DNA from: a virus
Lineage: Duplodnaviria > Caudoviricetes
Direction: 5' to 3' (one strand)
Virus record (IMG/VR): IMGVR_UViG_3300016466_000164
Span: 1 to 34,518 of that record
Length of the DNA: 34,518 nucleotides
Position numbers and translations under genes: made by a program. Positions 7,707-18,623 of this stretch are shown here, one piece after another (within the stretch, counting starts at the first letter, position 1; each line of letters begins with the position of its first letter). The notes beneath the pieces are model-generated. The model saw only the letters and a list, made by a program, of their open reading frames with translations. It searched no databases and was not told where the DNA came from.

Positions 7707-10066
7707 TTCCCGCCCCGATCTTGTTCCATGCGACGGGACTCCTGTGCATAAAGTGAACGCAGATTTTCTTGTTCTGCGAATCTCTCGCTTAACATATCGG
7801 GAGCTTGTTCTGGCTCAGGCAGGGTAACTTCCACCGCCTTTCCGGCAGCTTTTTCGGCCTCCAAAATCCTCTGTCTGACTGACTCAATCACCTTCCGTGC
7901 TTGCGGAGACAGGGTGTCCCTTCGTGGCTCCACAGCTTCCCCACGGGCAACTTTGTCTTGGATATGTTCCGCATACAAGCGCTCAAGAGTCCTTTTCTGT
8001 TCCGCCGCCTCAAGGCGAGACAGCCGCTCCAGTCGAGCGGTGGTGTATGTTTCCCTCAGAAAAGCAAAGAACTCTCTCGGAGCCGCGTCGGCTTTTTTCA
8101 ACCACTCTGACTCAGATGTCCGCAATCTCTCATCGAAGGCGCTCAGTCTCTCAGATATGCTGCGACGGGATTCCCTTCTTTGTTCGGCATCTTGGCGAAT
8201 CCGATCTAAAATGCCCACGCCTGCGGCATCGTCAGGGCCTGTATTTTGCACAGGACGATTAAACGCCTCCATCTGTGACTCAAAGTCCCTAACCGGCTCA
8301 AGATTAACTCCCGGCTCTCGCTTAGGGGCTTCCTTGGTCTCCGGTTTATTTAGTTCTTTTTTTATGGTGCCCCGTAGTGCCTGTTGTCTCTGACCATCTG
8401 GGCCAAAAACAACAAATTTGCCATTCTTTTTGCGCGCAGCATACGCATAATTATCCGGGTCAAGTCCCTGTTGCACTGCCAGTTCTTTGGCAGTCTGCAC
8501 CACTTCCTGCGCCTCTAGTGCCTCTTGCGCAACTGCCGCTGCATCTTCCGGGTGAATGCCTTGGATTTCCCCATTATTAAGGCGCTCTAAATCTTTCAGT
8601 GAGAGTAAGTTTATTCTCTTGGCGTAAGAGAATAGCGCCTTTGTGTAGTCAGGGCTAGTCTCATTAAGACTCTCTTTCGCATAGAACACGTCAGGAAGTT
8701 GTTCCATAGCTTTGGCGCTTAATCGCTCCGCTGCCTTACCTTTACGATACTCTGTGTACCCCCGCGTTACATCCGAGGCAAGGTCTTCCCTACCGGCAGC
8801 GGCAAGGATTCTGTCGAATACCGTATCCGTATCTGGTTTTAGTAATGGGAGGCCCTGTGCGTTTGCTCCAGCGCCATAGCGTCGATTGCTGGCCAGCTCT
8901 CGCAGCAGGGAATTTTCAGAGAGTGTCGCATGGCTGGCGTTTTCCCACAGCCCCCCGCCTGAAATATTATCCAATGTTCCAGCAGCCAACTTAGCTACGG
9001 TTGCATACTGCTGTTCCGAAAGCTCCCCTGACTTCTCCTTCAGAAGATACAGGTATGCTCCGAGGTTAAGAACTTCCTCTGGTGACGTGGCAACGGCACT
9101 CTGTAAGACATGGGCATTAATGTCGGCAGCGAACGCACTGTTCTTTTGTACATCCCACCGCTGTATCAAAGGCAAAAGAATATTCGCCTCGCTTTTTGCC
9201 CCGGAAAGGAAGGAGCGATATTCCACAGAGCCAATGTATTGGTGGCCAGTAATCTGCTTAAACCCATTGTAATCATTGGGAGTGTCCGAGATGTACGTGC
9301 CTATGCCCTCCCAGCTTGTCGCCAAGGTTTTTGCGTTGGAGTTTTCGTCTTTCAAAGCATCTTGAAGCGGCTGCTGAGTTGGGCCGGTTTTTGTCCAATA
9401 CACCCCAGTCGTCACCCCGGTGTTGGGGTTTTGCTTTCCACGGCCGGAAGTAAAGTTGGGTATTTTGTCACTCACAGAGACTGTTTTGTGGGGTATGACT
9501 GGGGCAGGCGCATCTTCTGGCATAGGCGCTGCCCCTGCCCCTTGCGATGCCTCTAATTCAGCGTCCCATGCTTTCCAGTTTACTTGGTCGGGGCTGCTGG
9601 GTTGACCTTCCCCTTCAGCGAGGGGAGACACATTCACCGGGGTACGCGGAGGAGCAGCAGTAGCGCGTCGAGTTCCGGTGCGTTGATCCTCCAGCATAGA
9701 ATTAAGGAGGCTGTACGCATTGGGGGCGTTCATCAACGAACTTGTGCTTAATCCCGCACTTCTCACCCGAAGCGAGAGAGTATCAATTTCTTCTTTCGTT
9801 GCGTCCGGGAATACCATTGACAGATAAGAGCGGTGCTGATTCATCTCCTCAGCAGTCTGTGCCTCCTGCTTCAACCGCTCTGTTTCCTGTTGCGCTTTTT
9901 GCAGCGCAAGCGCATTTTCCCCTGAAAGGCGATATTCTTCCCGCAGTTCTTCCATGCGGGCGGCTTTCTCCCGATCCTGCTTAAAGACTTCTCGCTCAAA
10001 ATCACGCTTGGCCGACAGGGACTGTCCAATCCCCATCACGGCCCCAAAGAGAATATCGCTAACCAT
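7703..10066 (-). CDS. Putative internal virion protein (787 aa)
   Basis: Long ORF coupled to both neighbours; N-terminal 'ILFGAVMGIGQ' then coiled coil; position in the virion-core cluster. Confidence 0.65.
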   Translation of the reverse strand: MVSDILFGAVMGIGQSLSAKRDFEREVFKQDREKAARMEELREEYRLSGENALALQKAQQETERLKQEAQTAEEMNQHRSYLSMVFPDATKEEIDTLSLRVRSAGLSTSSLMNAPNAYSLLNSMLEDQRTGTRRATAAPPRTPVNVSPLAEGEGQPSSPDQVNWKAWDAELEASQGAGAAPMPEDAPAPVIPHKTVSVSDKIPNFTSGRGKQNPNTGVTTGVYWTKTGPTQQPLQDALKDENSNAKTLATSWEGIGTYISDTPNDYNGFKQITGHQYIGSVEYRSFLSGAKSEANILLPLIQRWDVQKNSAFAADINAHVLQSAVATSPEEVLNLGAYLYLLKEKSGELSEQQYATVAKLAAGTLDNISGGGLWENASHATLSENSLLRELASNRRYGAGANAQGLPLLKPDTDTVFDRILAAAGREDLASDVTRGYTEYRKGKAAERLSAKAMEQLPDVFYAKESLNETSPDYTKALFSYAKRINLLSLKDLERLNNGEIQGIHPEDAAAVAQEALEAQEVVQTAKELAVQQGLDPDNYAYAARKKNGKFVVFGPDGQRQQALRGTIKKELNKPETKEAPKREPGVNLEPVRDFESQMEAFNRPVQNTGPDDAAGVGILDRIRQDAEQRRESRRSISERLSAFDERLRTSESEWLKKADAAPREFFAFLRETYTTARLERLSRLEAAEQKRTLERLYAEHIQDKVARGEAVEPRRDTLSPQARKVIESVRQRILEAEKAAGKAVEVTLPEPEQAPDMLSERFAEQENLRSLYAQESRRMEQDRGGK

Positions 10067-10581
10067 TAGTCAAGCAGCCCTTTCTTCACCGGCTCATCTT
10101 CTTCTTCGGAATCATCCTCATCGTCTTCCAGCTCAAGCTCGCCTTCCAGCATATCTTCATCCATCTCTGGTTCAGGCTCAGGTGGAGGAGGCGCGGCAAC
10201 GTCCTCCTCCGTAAGAATACCGAGGAGCTTATCTTCCCGCTTGTTGAAGATTTTAATGTCCTTTACCTTCTGCATCGCACCAACAGCAACCACCTGGTAC
10301 AACACCGGGCGAGCAATCAGCAGGGCAAGGTCAGGCGACCACTTCCCTTGCGCAAATCCGGTAAACACAAGCGTCCGGGCAACGTATTCTGCCGGAACGC
10401 CTTTTTTCAGCAGGACGCCGATCTGGTAGGCGCGTTTCGGTTGCGTGATCCGCTCCCAGACATATTCAAGGGCAACCTCCGCTTTTGTAAACTGAGGCGG
10501 CTGCTCCCAGTTTGCGTTTCCGGGTGCGGTGGTAAGAGATTGCCCCGGAACCGGGGCAGACATGAGATCAAGTGCTTCCAT
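10066..10581 (-). CDS. Conserved phage protein with acidic C-terminus (171 aa)
   Basis: 'APVPGQSLT..PGNANWEQPPQF' motif recalled from podovirus structural clusters; GAGGGG RBS. Confidence 0.7.
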   Translation of the reverse strand: MEALDLMSAPVPGQSLTTAPGNANWEQPPQFTKAEVALEYVWERITQPKRAYQIGVLLKKGVPAEYVARTLVFTGFAQGKWSPDLALLIARPVLYQVVAVGAMQKVKDIKIFNKREDKLLGILTEEDVAAPPPPEPEPEMDEDMLEGELELEDDEDDSEEEDEPVKKGLLD

Positions 10582-10583
10582 GT

Positions 10584-10976
10584 TTATCCCCTCTCAGAGG
10601 CAGTAGCTTTTGCTGTTTTTTGTACCGTGGCGAACAGATAGCCAAGGCGTTCAAGCCATTCAGATTCTAGCGCCTTGGGGTTGGCAGAACTGGTGCGCTT
10701 TGTCTGCCCCGGCTGGAATGCCTGTGGCCCGGCAAAGATGCCTTCCATGTCAGCATCCGGGCTGAACTGGCGACGCGGATTGATCTTCTGCGCTTCCATA
10801 AACTTCTGCGACAACGGGGAGCTGCCTGTTTTGCCAGAAAAATCATACTCTCCGGAGAGCATCTGATCCAGTCTGCTCTCCTTTACCAAGTCCTTGCCCA
10901 CCGTCCACAACTTATCTGCGGTGTCAGCACCGTAGTCGTACAAGTCATCAAAGATTCCGGCGAAAAAGTCACTCAT
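10584..10976 (-). CDS. Hypothetical virion-cluster protein (130 aa)
   Basis: ATG with AAGGTGA RBS; tight packing with neighbours. Confidence 0.65.
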   Translation of the reverse strand: MSDFFAGIFDDLYDYGADTADKLWTVGKDLVKESRLDQMLSGEYDFSGKTGSSPLSQKFMEAQKINPRRQFSPDADMEGIFAGPQAFQPGQTKRTSSANPKALESEWLERLGYLFATVQKTAKATASERG

Positions 10977-10984
10977 ACTTCACC

Positions 10985-12298
10985 TTAAAATGCGGAGCTG
11001 AAAATGTCCGTGGCAATAGCCCCGAGGACTTGACCGAACACCTGCTTCCTGTCGCGCTGGTACACATCCTCAGCATACTGGCGATTGTTTGCGGCCACCG
11101 CAAGGTTAAAGTTACGGTTTGCAGCGTTTTCGCTGGACATGAACGCCCAGCTTGCCGCATCTCTCCACTGCTGCCACACGTTGTTCAAAGCAGTCTGTGA
11201 AATGTTAAACCGATTGGTCACATTGAACTGGTTTGCGGCGTTTACCGCCGCAGTATTTGCGGTGTTTATGCTTCTGCGCCACAAGACGTTGCTTTGGTCA
11301 ATCGCAAAACGAGACTGTGCCTCAAACTGCTGGCGCTGGTTCGTCAGGGTTGCATTGAACTGCTTAACGGTGTTGTCCTGCTCAGTATTGAAGGTGCTGA
11401 CAGCATTTGCACGGGCAGCGTTCTGATCCCGGATTTGCGAGACAAGGGTCGCCTGAAACTGGCGTACCTGAATGTCATTCGTGGCGTTGAACTGCGCTGC
11501 GGCATTCAATGCCGCCACATCACTGAGCATGGACTGCTGTGCTACACGCAAGTTCTCAAGACGGGTTTGCTGATCCGCATTGAGGTTCGCAACATCCATC
11601 TGGAAGTACGTCTGCGCATCCTGCGCTGCAATCGGCAGGGCAGCATTCTGCAATGCCTGTACCACAGCCCCGGCAGCAATGCTTGACCCGCCAAGGCCAC
11701 GGGCTGCCAGCATATCCTGCGCCAAGGCAACAGAGCCTTTGGCCCAGGCCGGAACTTCCCCGGCTTGGAAGTCCATGAGCTGTTTGAGCTGGCCTTGTAT
11801 GGTAGCCTGTTCAGACACCTGCCCTTGCGCAGCGGTTGCTTGCGGCCCTTGCCCCTGCGTTGTTGCTGCGGTGACTTTCGGTGCCTGCATCTGTTGAAGG
11901 CCGGGAATGTCCTCCGGCCTGACCTGAGCCGCTTGCGCCTGCGTTGCCTGTGAAAGCGGCAGTGGTGCAAGATCGCCAGCTTGCTGCTGCATGAACTCGC
12001 CGGTTTGCGGATTCATCAGCACTGGCACAAGGCTTGTCCCTGCGGGCAGGTTTGGTTGCTGCACCTGCCGCGATACAAGATCGACAACAGACACGCTCCC
12101 CGGCTGCGTAGCAGTCGGAGTTGCTTGCTGTGTTCCACCGGCCTGTGTTACCATAGCCGATGGTGCTGTTATCGCTGAAGGGAGCGGGGTGTTCTGCAAT
12201 GCGGTGAATGTCGGTTGTGGCGCGGCAGGAGTGGCGGCAGGGTTCAAGGGAACCCCCTTGCTGCCAGTTGCTCCTTGCGCGTAAGACGTAGTTGCCAT
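10985..12298 (-). CDS. Gln/Ala/Asn-rich putative internal virion protein (437 aa)
   Basis: 'ARGLGGSSIAAGAV' and repeated QFN-like motifs; GAAGG RBS. Confidence 0.7.
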   Translation of the reverse strand: MATTSYAQGATGSKGVPLNPAATPAAPQPTFTALQNTPLPSAITAPSAMVTQAGGTQQATPTATQPGSVSVVDLVSRQVQQPNLPAGTSLVPVLMNPQTGEFMQQQAGDLAPLPLSQATQAQAAQVRPEDIPGLQQMQAPKVTAATTQGQGPQATAAQGQVSEQATIQGQLKQLMDFQAGEVPAWAKGSVALAQDMLAARGLGGSSIAAGAVVQALQNAALPIAAQDAQTYFQMDVANLNADQQTRLENLRVAQQSMLSDVAALNAAAQFNATNDIQVRQFQATLVSQIRDQNAARANAVSTFNTEQDNTVKQFNATLTNQRQQFEAQSRFAIDQSNVLWRRSINTANTAAVNAANQFNVTNRFNISQTALNNVWQQWRDAASWAFMSSENAANRNFNLAVAANNRQYAEDVYQRDRKQVFGQVLGAIATDIFSSAF

Positions 12299-12301
12299 AT
12301 C

Positions 12302-12343
12302 TAATACCTTCTGGTATTATATCATACTTTAATTAAAAAGCAC
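12302..12343 (-). promoter_or_regulatory. Putative extended -10 promoter with overlapping inverted repeat
   Basis: Minus strand TGaTATAAT (TATAAT at 12316-12321) in an AT-rich gap; 7-bp inverted repeat taatacc-ttct-ggtatta (12302-12319) spans the RBS. Confidence 0.5.
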
Positions 12344-12344
12344 G

Positions 12345-12527
12345 CTATTTCTTCATTTTGGCAAGGGTTTTTGCCAGTCTGGCGCGTTGCCCCATCTTGC
12401 CGGGGGCTTTTGCGGACTTGTCCAGCTTCTCTGCGGGGATTTTCTCCCCTTCCTTGACTTTCAGGGACTTGCGCAGTGCGCCTGGCTTTTTGATTGCATC
12501 TTGAATCCACTTTTCTTTTTTAGCCAT
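12345..12527 (-). CDS. Small basic phage protein (60 aa; start re-called to 12527)
   Basis: MAKKEKWIQDAIKKPGALRKSL..., GGAG RBS; the longer ORF-track start would overlap the upstream gene. Confidence 0.75.
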   Translation of the reverse strand: MAKKEKWIQDAIKKPGALRKSLKVKEGEKIPAEKLDKSAKAPGKMGQRARLAKTLAKMKK

Positions 12528-12768
12528 TTTGTTCTCCAAAGATTTGATAAAGTTCCGCAACTGTTGTTGCAGCGTCGATCCGAATCTGCTCCAAAGCGTC
12601 TGCGTCACGGATAACTTGTCGTTGTGCTTCCAGAGCGTCAAGGTCAGTCCCTGGAATGCGTAAGGAAATTGCTTCATCCAACGGTGCAAAGGCAGCTTCT
12701 CTGCGTGCTCTACGAATGCTGTGTGCAATGGCATTGGCTGTTGCTAGATCGACTTTAATCATTGTCAT
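12520..12768 (-). CDS. Tail-fibre-associated/assembly-like protein (82 aa)
   Basis: 'IRRARREAAFAPLD...QRQVIRD...IDAATTVAEL' pattern typical of small genes after tail fibres. Confidence 0.65.
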   Translation of the reverse strand: MTMIKVDLATANAIAHSIRRARREAAFAPLDEAISLRIPGTDLDALEAQRQVIRDADALEQIRIDAATTVAELYQIFGEQNG

Positions 12769-13010
12769 TCCTCAAAGCTGGTAATGCTGCCACCCACGCC
12801 GTCTGTCAGTTCGGCTTCATCCACCGTCCATGCGGCGCGGAATGTGCGGTCTTCCGGAATTTCGGCAGCGTCAATGATTTTGTACGGCTTTCCTTCTGGC
12901 ACGTCTTTTTCAGCAATGGCCTGAATACCATACTTTTCGAGTGCTTCCGGGGCCGGAATGATGATCGACACGCCGCCGTCATCATTTTTGTAGATAATGC
13001 ATTGGGTCAT
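12765..13010 (-). CDS. Tail-fibre assembly-like protein (81 aa; start re-called to 13010)
   Basis: 'IIYKNDDGGVSIIIPA...IAEKDVPEGKPYKII...PEDRTFRAAW'; directly follows the tail fibre gene. Confidence 0.7.
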   Translation of the reverse strand: MTQCIIYKNDDGGVSIIIPAPEALEKYGIQAIAEKDVPEGKPYKIIDAAEIPEDRTFRAAWTVDEAELTDGVGGSITSFEE

Positions 13011-13014
13011 GGGT

Positions 13015-14961
13015 TTACCTGAAGATTGCGACGTTTGCAAAAGCCGGATCACTTAATGCGCCTGCGTTACCAGTAAAATTAATTAACCGCACAGCGGATG
13101 ATGTGGGCGGATTTGTTGCGCTCACGCTTAAAGTGGTATTTGTCGCAGCGCCACTTTGCCATTGTGACGCTGTAACAGTGCTATAATTTGCATCCGGCAT
13201 CGCTGTTGTGAAGTTCACCGTATAATCGCCAGTGCCGTTATCCGTGATACTTGTCACGTTCCCGCTTGCCCGGATTGCAACAGTGCCAGTTCCGTTAAAG
13301 TTGACCCACGCCCGCGCTGCATACAAGGGCGCTGATCCACTGGGTGTAGCCTGTACTGCCGAGCCAATGCGGAAGTTCCCCGTGATGTGAAGCTGTTCTG
13401 CGGGTGTAGTGCCAATACCAAGCCGCCCACTGCTATCCAGTCTCATCTGTTCAGAGTAAACGCCAGTAGCGGTTGTGAAAAAACTCAGGCCAACCTGATC
13501 CGAAAATGCCCCCACATAACCACGAACGCTTGATCTCCAAAAAGGATTGCCGCCGGTGGATAAAAAAGACAGCTCGTTAAACGCCTGATTGGTGATGACG
13601 TTTGTGCCTGCGGTATTGAACAGATCAATTTTTGCGTTGCCGATAGCGTTTTGTACTGATACCGAATTTGAGGTAGAAATGGTCGTGGAGGTAACTCGCA
13701 GCCTTTCCGCCCCGTCCGTTTCCACCGTTACCGTGTCAACGGCAGGAAAACGGATTGATGTGTCGGTGTCACCGCTATGAATGATCTTATCTGTGATCGT
13801 GACATCGCCATTCACGTCAAGTGTAGTGGCAGGGCTTGCCGTTCCAATTCCAATACTACCAGCAGATGTCACCCGCAGACGCTCAACACCACCTGTCTCC
13901 ACCGTCACCGTGTCCACAGCCGGAAACCGGATAGACGTATCGGTATCACCGGAATGGATGATTTTATCAGTGATCGTCACATCACCGTTTACGTCCAGCG
14001 TTGTGGCCGGGCTGGTCGTACCAATGCCGAATTTGCCATCCCATTGCAATTTTGCCCGCAATGCCCCGCCGACAGAAAACAGAATGCTGTTGTTCCCGCC
14101 AATAGTGTCTGCAACAAGCGCAAGGCTTGTACTGCTGAATAACCTTCCAACAGCTCCATTAATCCCCACATAATTATGCGTTGCGCCAGTTCGTCCTAAA
14201 ATAATACCTTTTGTGCTATCCGATAAATCCTGAAATTGAAATCCATTGTCATCTGTAGATGAAATGTTTGCAGAAATGACTAATGCCCTTGTCGGCGTGG
14301 CAACATTTACGCCAATGCCAGTATTGGTAAAGCGAATACGTTCAGACCCACCAGTCTCCACAGAAACAACGTCATCTGTAGGGAATCGGATGGAAGTATT
14401 TGTGTCGCCGCTGTGTATGATTTTATCCGGGAGAGTAACATCTCCGCTTGCGGTAAGTGTGGTAGCTGATACTGTTCCGCCTGTAATATTAACAGCGCCA
14501 GCATCTTGAGTGGCAATGCTTCCCAGTCCCAGCGTTGTTCTCTGCGCCGTGGCGTCTGCGTCATCCAAGAGTGCCCGGCCCGCAGCAGTCAAATCCGCCA
14601 CAGCATACACATCGCTGGATGTGGTATAAAGCATTTTATTGGCTGCTGTCGTCAGCCCAGCAATGGATTGGAGGCCGGGATCATACGCCTGTACATCTGT
14701 CCCTATTGTTAGCCCAAGGTTCGTCCGAGCATTGGCCGCTGTGCTTGCTCCCGTGCCGCCGTTTGCGACCCCAAGCGTCCCGGTGACGGCGGTGGCGAGG
14801 GAGATATGTGCCCCGCCTCCGGCTGTTCCATCGTGGTTGTGCCCGGTGGTTGCGTCCATTGCCGCCTGAACTTGGTTGAACTCGTTATTCAGGGGAGCAG
14901 CGTTGATGGTGTTGCCGGTGACAATGTCTGCGGCGGATTGGCGTGTGTAGCCGGTAGGCAT
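13015..14961 (-). CDS. Tail fibre protein (648 aa)
   Basis: N-terminal 'GYTRQS...[12 protein letters not shown]', '[17 protein letters not shown]', repeated 'GIGTTSP' and 'ERLRVTS' motifs, C-terminal '[11 protein letters not shown]...[14 protein letters not shown]'. Confidence 0.88.
   Translation of the reverse strand: MPTGYTRQSAADIVTGNTINAAPLNNEFNQVQAAMDATTGHNHDGTAGGGAHISLATAVTGTLGVANGGTGASTAANARTNLGLTIGTDVQAYDPGLQSIAGLTTAANKMLYTTSSDVYAVADLTAAGRALLDDADATAQRTTLGLGSIATQDAGAVNITGGTVSATTLTASGDVTLPDKIIHSGDTNTSIRFPTDDVVSVETGGSERIRFTNTGIGVNVATPTRALVISANISSTDDNGFQFQDLSDSTKGIILGRTGATHNYVGINGAVGRLFSSTSLALVADTIGGNNSILFSVGGALRAKLQWDGKFGIGTTSPATTLDVNGDVTITDKIIHSGDTDTSIRFPAVDTVTVETGGVERLRVTSAGSIGIGTASPATTLDVNGDVTITDKIIHSGDTDTSIRFPAVDTVTVETDGAERLRVTSTTISTSNSVSVQNAIGNAKIDLFNTAGTNVITNQAFNELSFLSTGGNPFWRSSVRGYVGAFSDQVGLSFFTTATGVYSEQMRLDSSGRLGIGTTPAEQLHITGNFRIGSAVQATPSGSAPLYAARAWVNFNGTGTVAIRASGNVTSITDNGTGDYTVNFTTAMPDANYSTVTASQWQSGAATNTTLSVSATNPPTSSAVRLINFTGNAGALSDPAFANVAIFR
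13687..14445 (-). repeat. Internal protein repeats in the tail fibre (59-aa period, two tandem copies plus one diverged copy); boundaries approximate
   Basis: [30 protein letters not shown] twice at 177-nt spacing; third copy [21 protein letters not shown] near 14330-14445. Confidence 0.85.
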
Positions 14962-14962
14962 A

Positions 14963-16492
14963 TTATCTCCTGCCTTTCAAAGCGTATTCAATGTGCATGG
15001 CGTCGATTTTGTGGGGGATAGCCGTGTCATCTGTAGAGAAGCGCACGCTCACGTTTCTGAACGAGCCTTGCATAGGTTGCGTATGCTTAAAGTCAAGGAT
15101 GGAAGAATAGATCGACGTTCCATAGACTGCTGACCCAAATACGGCTGCTGCTGATCGTGAGACAAACGGGCGGGTAGGGGGTTGGTACGCATCGGGGGAT
15201 GAGTAATTAAAGGATACCCCTATATCTACTTTGAAGTCCCCCTCTTGGCGCACATACATGTGCATCTTGTGGAACACCTTCCGCAGTGTCTCATCCCCGA
15301 AGGTGTAATAAGGGGTTTCGTACACATACGGAATGAATATGCCATCAAAGGTATTCCCGCTTTCCTGCCGGTACACATATCCATTGGATGGGTGTCCGAA
15401 CACGGCGTATTCTGTGTTTCCGATATACCCGGAATCACAGCAAGCGACATTCATGCCGCGAATAAGGCTCCAGGCGAACTGAAGCCTCTGATCCAGATTC
15501 AGTTTTCCGATTGTCCCGAAAGCTGCCGAGTCAATCGCCGATATGTTGTACACAAACAGCCGGTACTGAGATTTGCTCTGTATAGGCATAGCAGAAAAGT
15601 CGTTATTTGACTTTCCTGCTATTTGCGCATCCAATGTGCGCTTGATAGGGCGAGACACTGACGACAACTCAATATCGTCATTTCGTTCTGTTCCGGCAAG
15701 AGACCGTATGCCGTCCGGCGCAAGAAAGATAACATCCCCGCCCACCTCTTGTATAGAGTCCGTGGCGATACAGCCGATCTTGTCTGTGACGTTCTGTACC
15801 GCAAAATCAGTGGAGCTAGAGCCGACGAGTTTCTTGATCGAACGCTTGCAAAAGATATACAGCGTCTCTCGGAAGGACTTCAGGCCGACAATCTCGTCGC
15901 CAACAGACAGCTCAATGGCCCCTGACGAGTTGAAATCTGTATCAGAAGTGGGGTGTGAAAGTGAGAGTGCTGCTTTATTCGAGCTATACCCGGAAAGCGC
16001 AATGCGCTCTAGGTGGTATGCAGCGAAGGAGGGATTGGCCGGAGCACCGGAGCCATTAATGAGGGTGTACGTCGTGCCATCCCACTTTGCAGCGGGGTTT
16101 ACGCCGTCACACATAATGACCGCAGGGGCGGACATAATGTAGTCCAGAAACCTGTACTTGGCATTCGTGGTGCCAGAGCGGGCGGGGGAGTTTATCGGAC
16201 TTCCCCACCCGGTCCCGGCAGAGAAATACACATTGTCCCCACGGGCTGCCAATACGCCGCCCAGTGCAACTTTTACGCCTAGAATCTTGCCTGATCCGGG
16301 AACGGTGCTGGAGCTATACTTGCTATAGCCAAGAATCGTCTTATACCCGCTGGATGAATCCTGCTCATAATTTTGCAGTAGCCTTGCGCCTCCGGGGCCG
16401 ACTCCTTCACCTGCTTCCCCCTGCAAGATGAGGTTCTGGGATTCATCCATACCTCCTGTGCAGATAACTTTAAATGTGCCCCAACGATCCAT
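14963..16492 (-). CDS. Tail tubular protein B / nozzle-like protein (509 aa)
   Basis: Beta-rich; '[27 protein letters not shown]' motif; lies between the adaptor and the fibre. Confidence 0.75.
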   Translation of the reverse strand: MDRWGTFKVICTGGMDESQNLILQGEAGEGVGPGGARLLQNYEQDSSSGYKTILGYSKYSSSTVPGSGKILGVKVALGGVLAARGDNVYFSAGTGWGSPINSPARSGTTNAKYRFLDYIMSAPAVIMCDGVNPAAKWDGTTYTLINGSGAPANPSFAAYHLERIALSGYSSNKAALSLSHPTSDTDFNSSGAIELSVGDEIVGLKSFRETLYIFCKRSIKKLVGSSSTDFAVQNVTDKIGCIATDSIQEVGGDVIFLAPDGIRSLAGTERNDDIELSSVSRPIKRTLDAQIAGKSNNDFSAMPIQSKSQYRLFVYNISAIDSAAFGTIGKLNLDQRLQFAWSLIRGMNVACCDSGYIGNTEYAVFGHPSNGYVYRQESGNTFDGIFIPYVYETPYYTFGDETLRKVFHKMHMYVRQEGDFKVDIGVSFNYSSPDAYQPPTRPFVSRSAAAVFGSAVYGTSIYSSILDFKHTQPMQGSFRNVSVRFSTDDTAIPHKIDAMHIEYALKGRR

Positions 16493-17172
16493 TACAGTGC
16501 CCGCATGGTGGTGGAACGGTTTATCAGTGCCCGGCGCATCATTCGCACGCAGTTGTCATACTGCCCTTGCGCCATACCTGCCTGTTCTACGTTGTCCCGG
16601 AACATGTAGGCGTGGTACATTGCTGCGTGAAAAATGGCATCCTCAAACGCATCCGGGATAATCGCCGTATCATTATAGGCGCTCAGATTATTTGGCCGGG
16701 AAAAGTATTCAAACTTGACCGTGTATGTTGCGTCAGGGTATGGAGTGACAATGAATTTCGACCCTGATTGGTGTAGCGTGACGTTCTTAGGCGTCGCATA
16801 CTCCGTCACTACCGCATTGTTAAGGTCCTGTAAACGAAGGACTTGTCGGTACTGGTCAAAGTTAATATACCCAAGGTGCGTTGCAGAAACTGTTGCAGAC
16901 GGCTGGATGTAGAAAGAGTCCCAATCCACCTTAAAACAATTCGCAGGCAAATTATATGTGCCTTGCCCGACTACAAGGACTTGCGTCCCTTCTGTATGAA
17001 GAAACGGCCACTCGTATTCTTCTTCTTCAAGAACCTTGCGAATAGCGGCATTTACCGCTGATTTGGCTTCAGCATGAAACCCATACGCAGAAGCAAAAGA
17101 GATGCTATCCAGCTCCACTTCATTCAGTGCCCGGAGTACTCTATTTGTCAGATCGAGGTATGTCAGTGCCAT
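16492..17172 (-). CDS. Tail tubular protein A / head-tail adaptor (about 226 aa)
   Basis: 'TYLDLTNRVLRALNEVEL', 'EWPF', 'PYPDATYTVKFEY'; position after the capsid genes. Confidence 0.75.
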   Translation of the reverse strand: MALTYLDLTNRVLRALNEVELDSISFASAYGFHAEAKSAVNAAIRKVLEEEEYEWPFLHTEGTQVLVVGQGTYNLPANCFKVDWDSFYIQPSATVSATHLGYINFDQYRQVLRLQDLNNAVVTEYATPKNVTLHQSGSKFIVTPYPDATYTVKFEYFSRPNNLSAYNDTAIIPDAFEDAIFHAAMYHAYMFRDNVEQAGMAQGQYDNCVRMMRRALINRSTTMRAL

Positions 17173-17181
17173 GCTCAAACC

Positions 17182-17212
17182 AAAGGAAAAGGGGAGGGGC
17201 CGAAGCCCCTCC
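17182..17212 (-). terminator. Rho-independent terminator after the capsid genes
   Basis: Minus strand GGAGGGGC-TTCG-GCCCCTCC followed by CCTTTTCCTTT. Confidence 0.85.
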
Positions 17213-17218
17213 GCTCAG

Positions 17219-17677
17219 TTAGCCAAGAACCGGAGAAGTGGCCGGTGCTTTGCGGCTTGCATCCGCCAGAACGGCGACAATGCGAACCGTACCCGTTGCA
17301 CTAGCAATCGTGCCAGCGACCTTGAGGTCGATGGTGTCAGCGGTTGCGTAGAGGTACGGGGCATCCAGAATGATCGCGTGGTTTGTGCCAGCGGTCAAAG
17401 TGGTAGCGTTGGTGACAAAACGGTCATCATCCCCGCCATCGCCAAGATCGAAACGGGTCACGTTGGTGACTGCCGTTGCGTTTTCCAGAACGAGGGCCAG
17501 AACCAGAGTGTCCTCCGGGACTGAAAGGAGAGCGATCTGATCGCCGGTGGCAAAGCCGGTGATGTTGCGGAGGTCCGCAAGATCAATTTCATGCTTGACG
17601 ACAACCGGTGGGTTGACGTAAGCACTCAGGCCAGTGGCGGGCGAAGTGCCTGAAACGAGGTTAGTGAAAAGAGCCAT
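17219..17677 (-). CDS. Putative capsid decoration/minor capsid protein (152 aa)
   Basis: AAGGAG RBS; between the MCP and the terminator; beta-rich. Confidence 0.65.
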   Translation of the reverse strand: MALFTNLVSGTSPATGLSAYVNPPVVVKHEIDLADLRNITGFATGDQIALLSVPEDTLVLALVLENATAVTNVTRFDLGDGGDDDRFVTNATTLTAGTNHAIILDAPYLYATADTIDLKVAGTIASATGTVRIVAVLADASRKAPATSPVLG

Positions 17678-17690
17678 GTGCTTCTACTCC

Positions 17691-18608
17691 TTAGCTATAG
17701 CTGACGTAAGCGACGGCCAGAGCTTCGGGGCGGATAACCTTGCGGCCCCACACCAGAAGGCCCCGGTGAATGTCACCGAAGGTTTCGGTGCTGCGGAAGT
17801 TCTCCTGCTTCACAATGTTCTTCGCAGCAGCGGTGGCCGACTTGTGGCCTGCCAGAACGGTGCGGAAGTTTTGCGAGGCGCTGCGGGCAGCATGGTTGGT
17901 CACATACATGGTGAAACCATACACCGGGCTGCGGTAAGCACGGATGCCCTGACGGGTCGGAGAAGTTGCATCGCCGGTGATCGAGGCGTCGATCATCTTG
18001 CTGTCCTCTTTGTAGAGGGCATTGAAGAAGTACGGGTCAGCAACGAGGAACATGTCGTCCTCCGGCACGTTTTGCAGGCGCAGGTCGCGGAGCAGGAGGC
18101 CCACAACATCCACCGGCGAAATGTCAGAAGCGCCAAAGCCCACGCTCAGGTCGCCGCTCACAGTGTCCGTGCCGAGGTCAGAGGTGCCGCCTTGTGCGCC
18201 AGCGACCATGACTTCGAGGATGTCCTGATCGTAAGCCTTGGCAAGCTCATACTGACCACTGTTCAGCGCCATGCCTTCATAGTCAACATGGCTGTGTGCC
18301 TTCTCGATGTCGTCCAGAGCAAAGGCAAAGTAGTTTGCCTGGTCGATCACCAGAGTGGTTTCTTCGTCCACGATGGGCTGGGTTTGCAGCTTTTGGCCCC
18401 GGCTGTAGGATTGAACCGTCACTTTCGGCTGTTTGATGACGCGGACTTCGGAACCCATGTCCGAGATTTCGCCATAAAAGCCCGTGGTGGTGATCTGGTC
18501 TGCGATGGTGTTCTCACGCAGATACAGCAGGGTCTGTTTGGAATAGATGACCGGATCGAAAACCCCGTTCGGGAGGTTATTGTACGAACCGGCTGATTGG
18601 AAAGCCAT
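17691..18608 (-). CDS. Major capsid protein (305 aa)
   Basis: 'AGSYNNLPNGVFDPVIYSKQ', 'YGEIS.MGSEVRVIKQP', 'LVIDQANYFAFALDDIE', 'FGDIHRGLLVWGRKVIRPEAL'; follows the scaffold gene. Confidence 0.9.
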   Translation of the reverse strand: MAFQSAGSYNNLPNGVFDPVIYSKQTLLYLRENTIADQITTTGFYGEISDMGSEVRVIKQPKVTVQSYSRGQKLQTQPIVDEETTLVIDQANYFAFALDDIEKAHSHVDYEGMALNSGQYELAKAYDQDILEVMVAGAQGGTSDLGTDTVSGDLSVGFGASDISPVDVVGLLLRDLRLQNVPEDDMFLVADPYFFNALYKEDSKMIDASITGDATSPTRQGIRAYRSPVYGFTMYVTNHAARSASQNFRTVLAGHKSATAAAKNIVKQENFRSTETFGDIHRGLLVWGRKVIRPEALAVAYVSYS

Positions 18609-18623
18609 AGTTGTGTTCCTTGA

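Noticed and set aside
17219-17700. T7-like frameshift extension of the capsid protein
   Set aside because: No slippery sequence seen at the MCP end, and the downstream gene has its own AAGGAG RBS.
17634-18596. 320-aa + strand ORF antisense to the major capsid gene
   Set aside because: Mirrors the MCP; explained by strong codon bias; no RBS or motifs.
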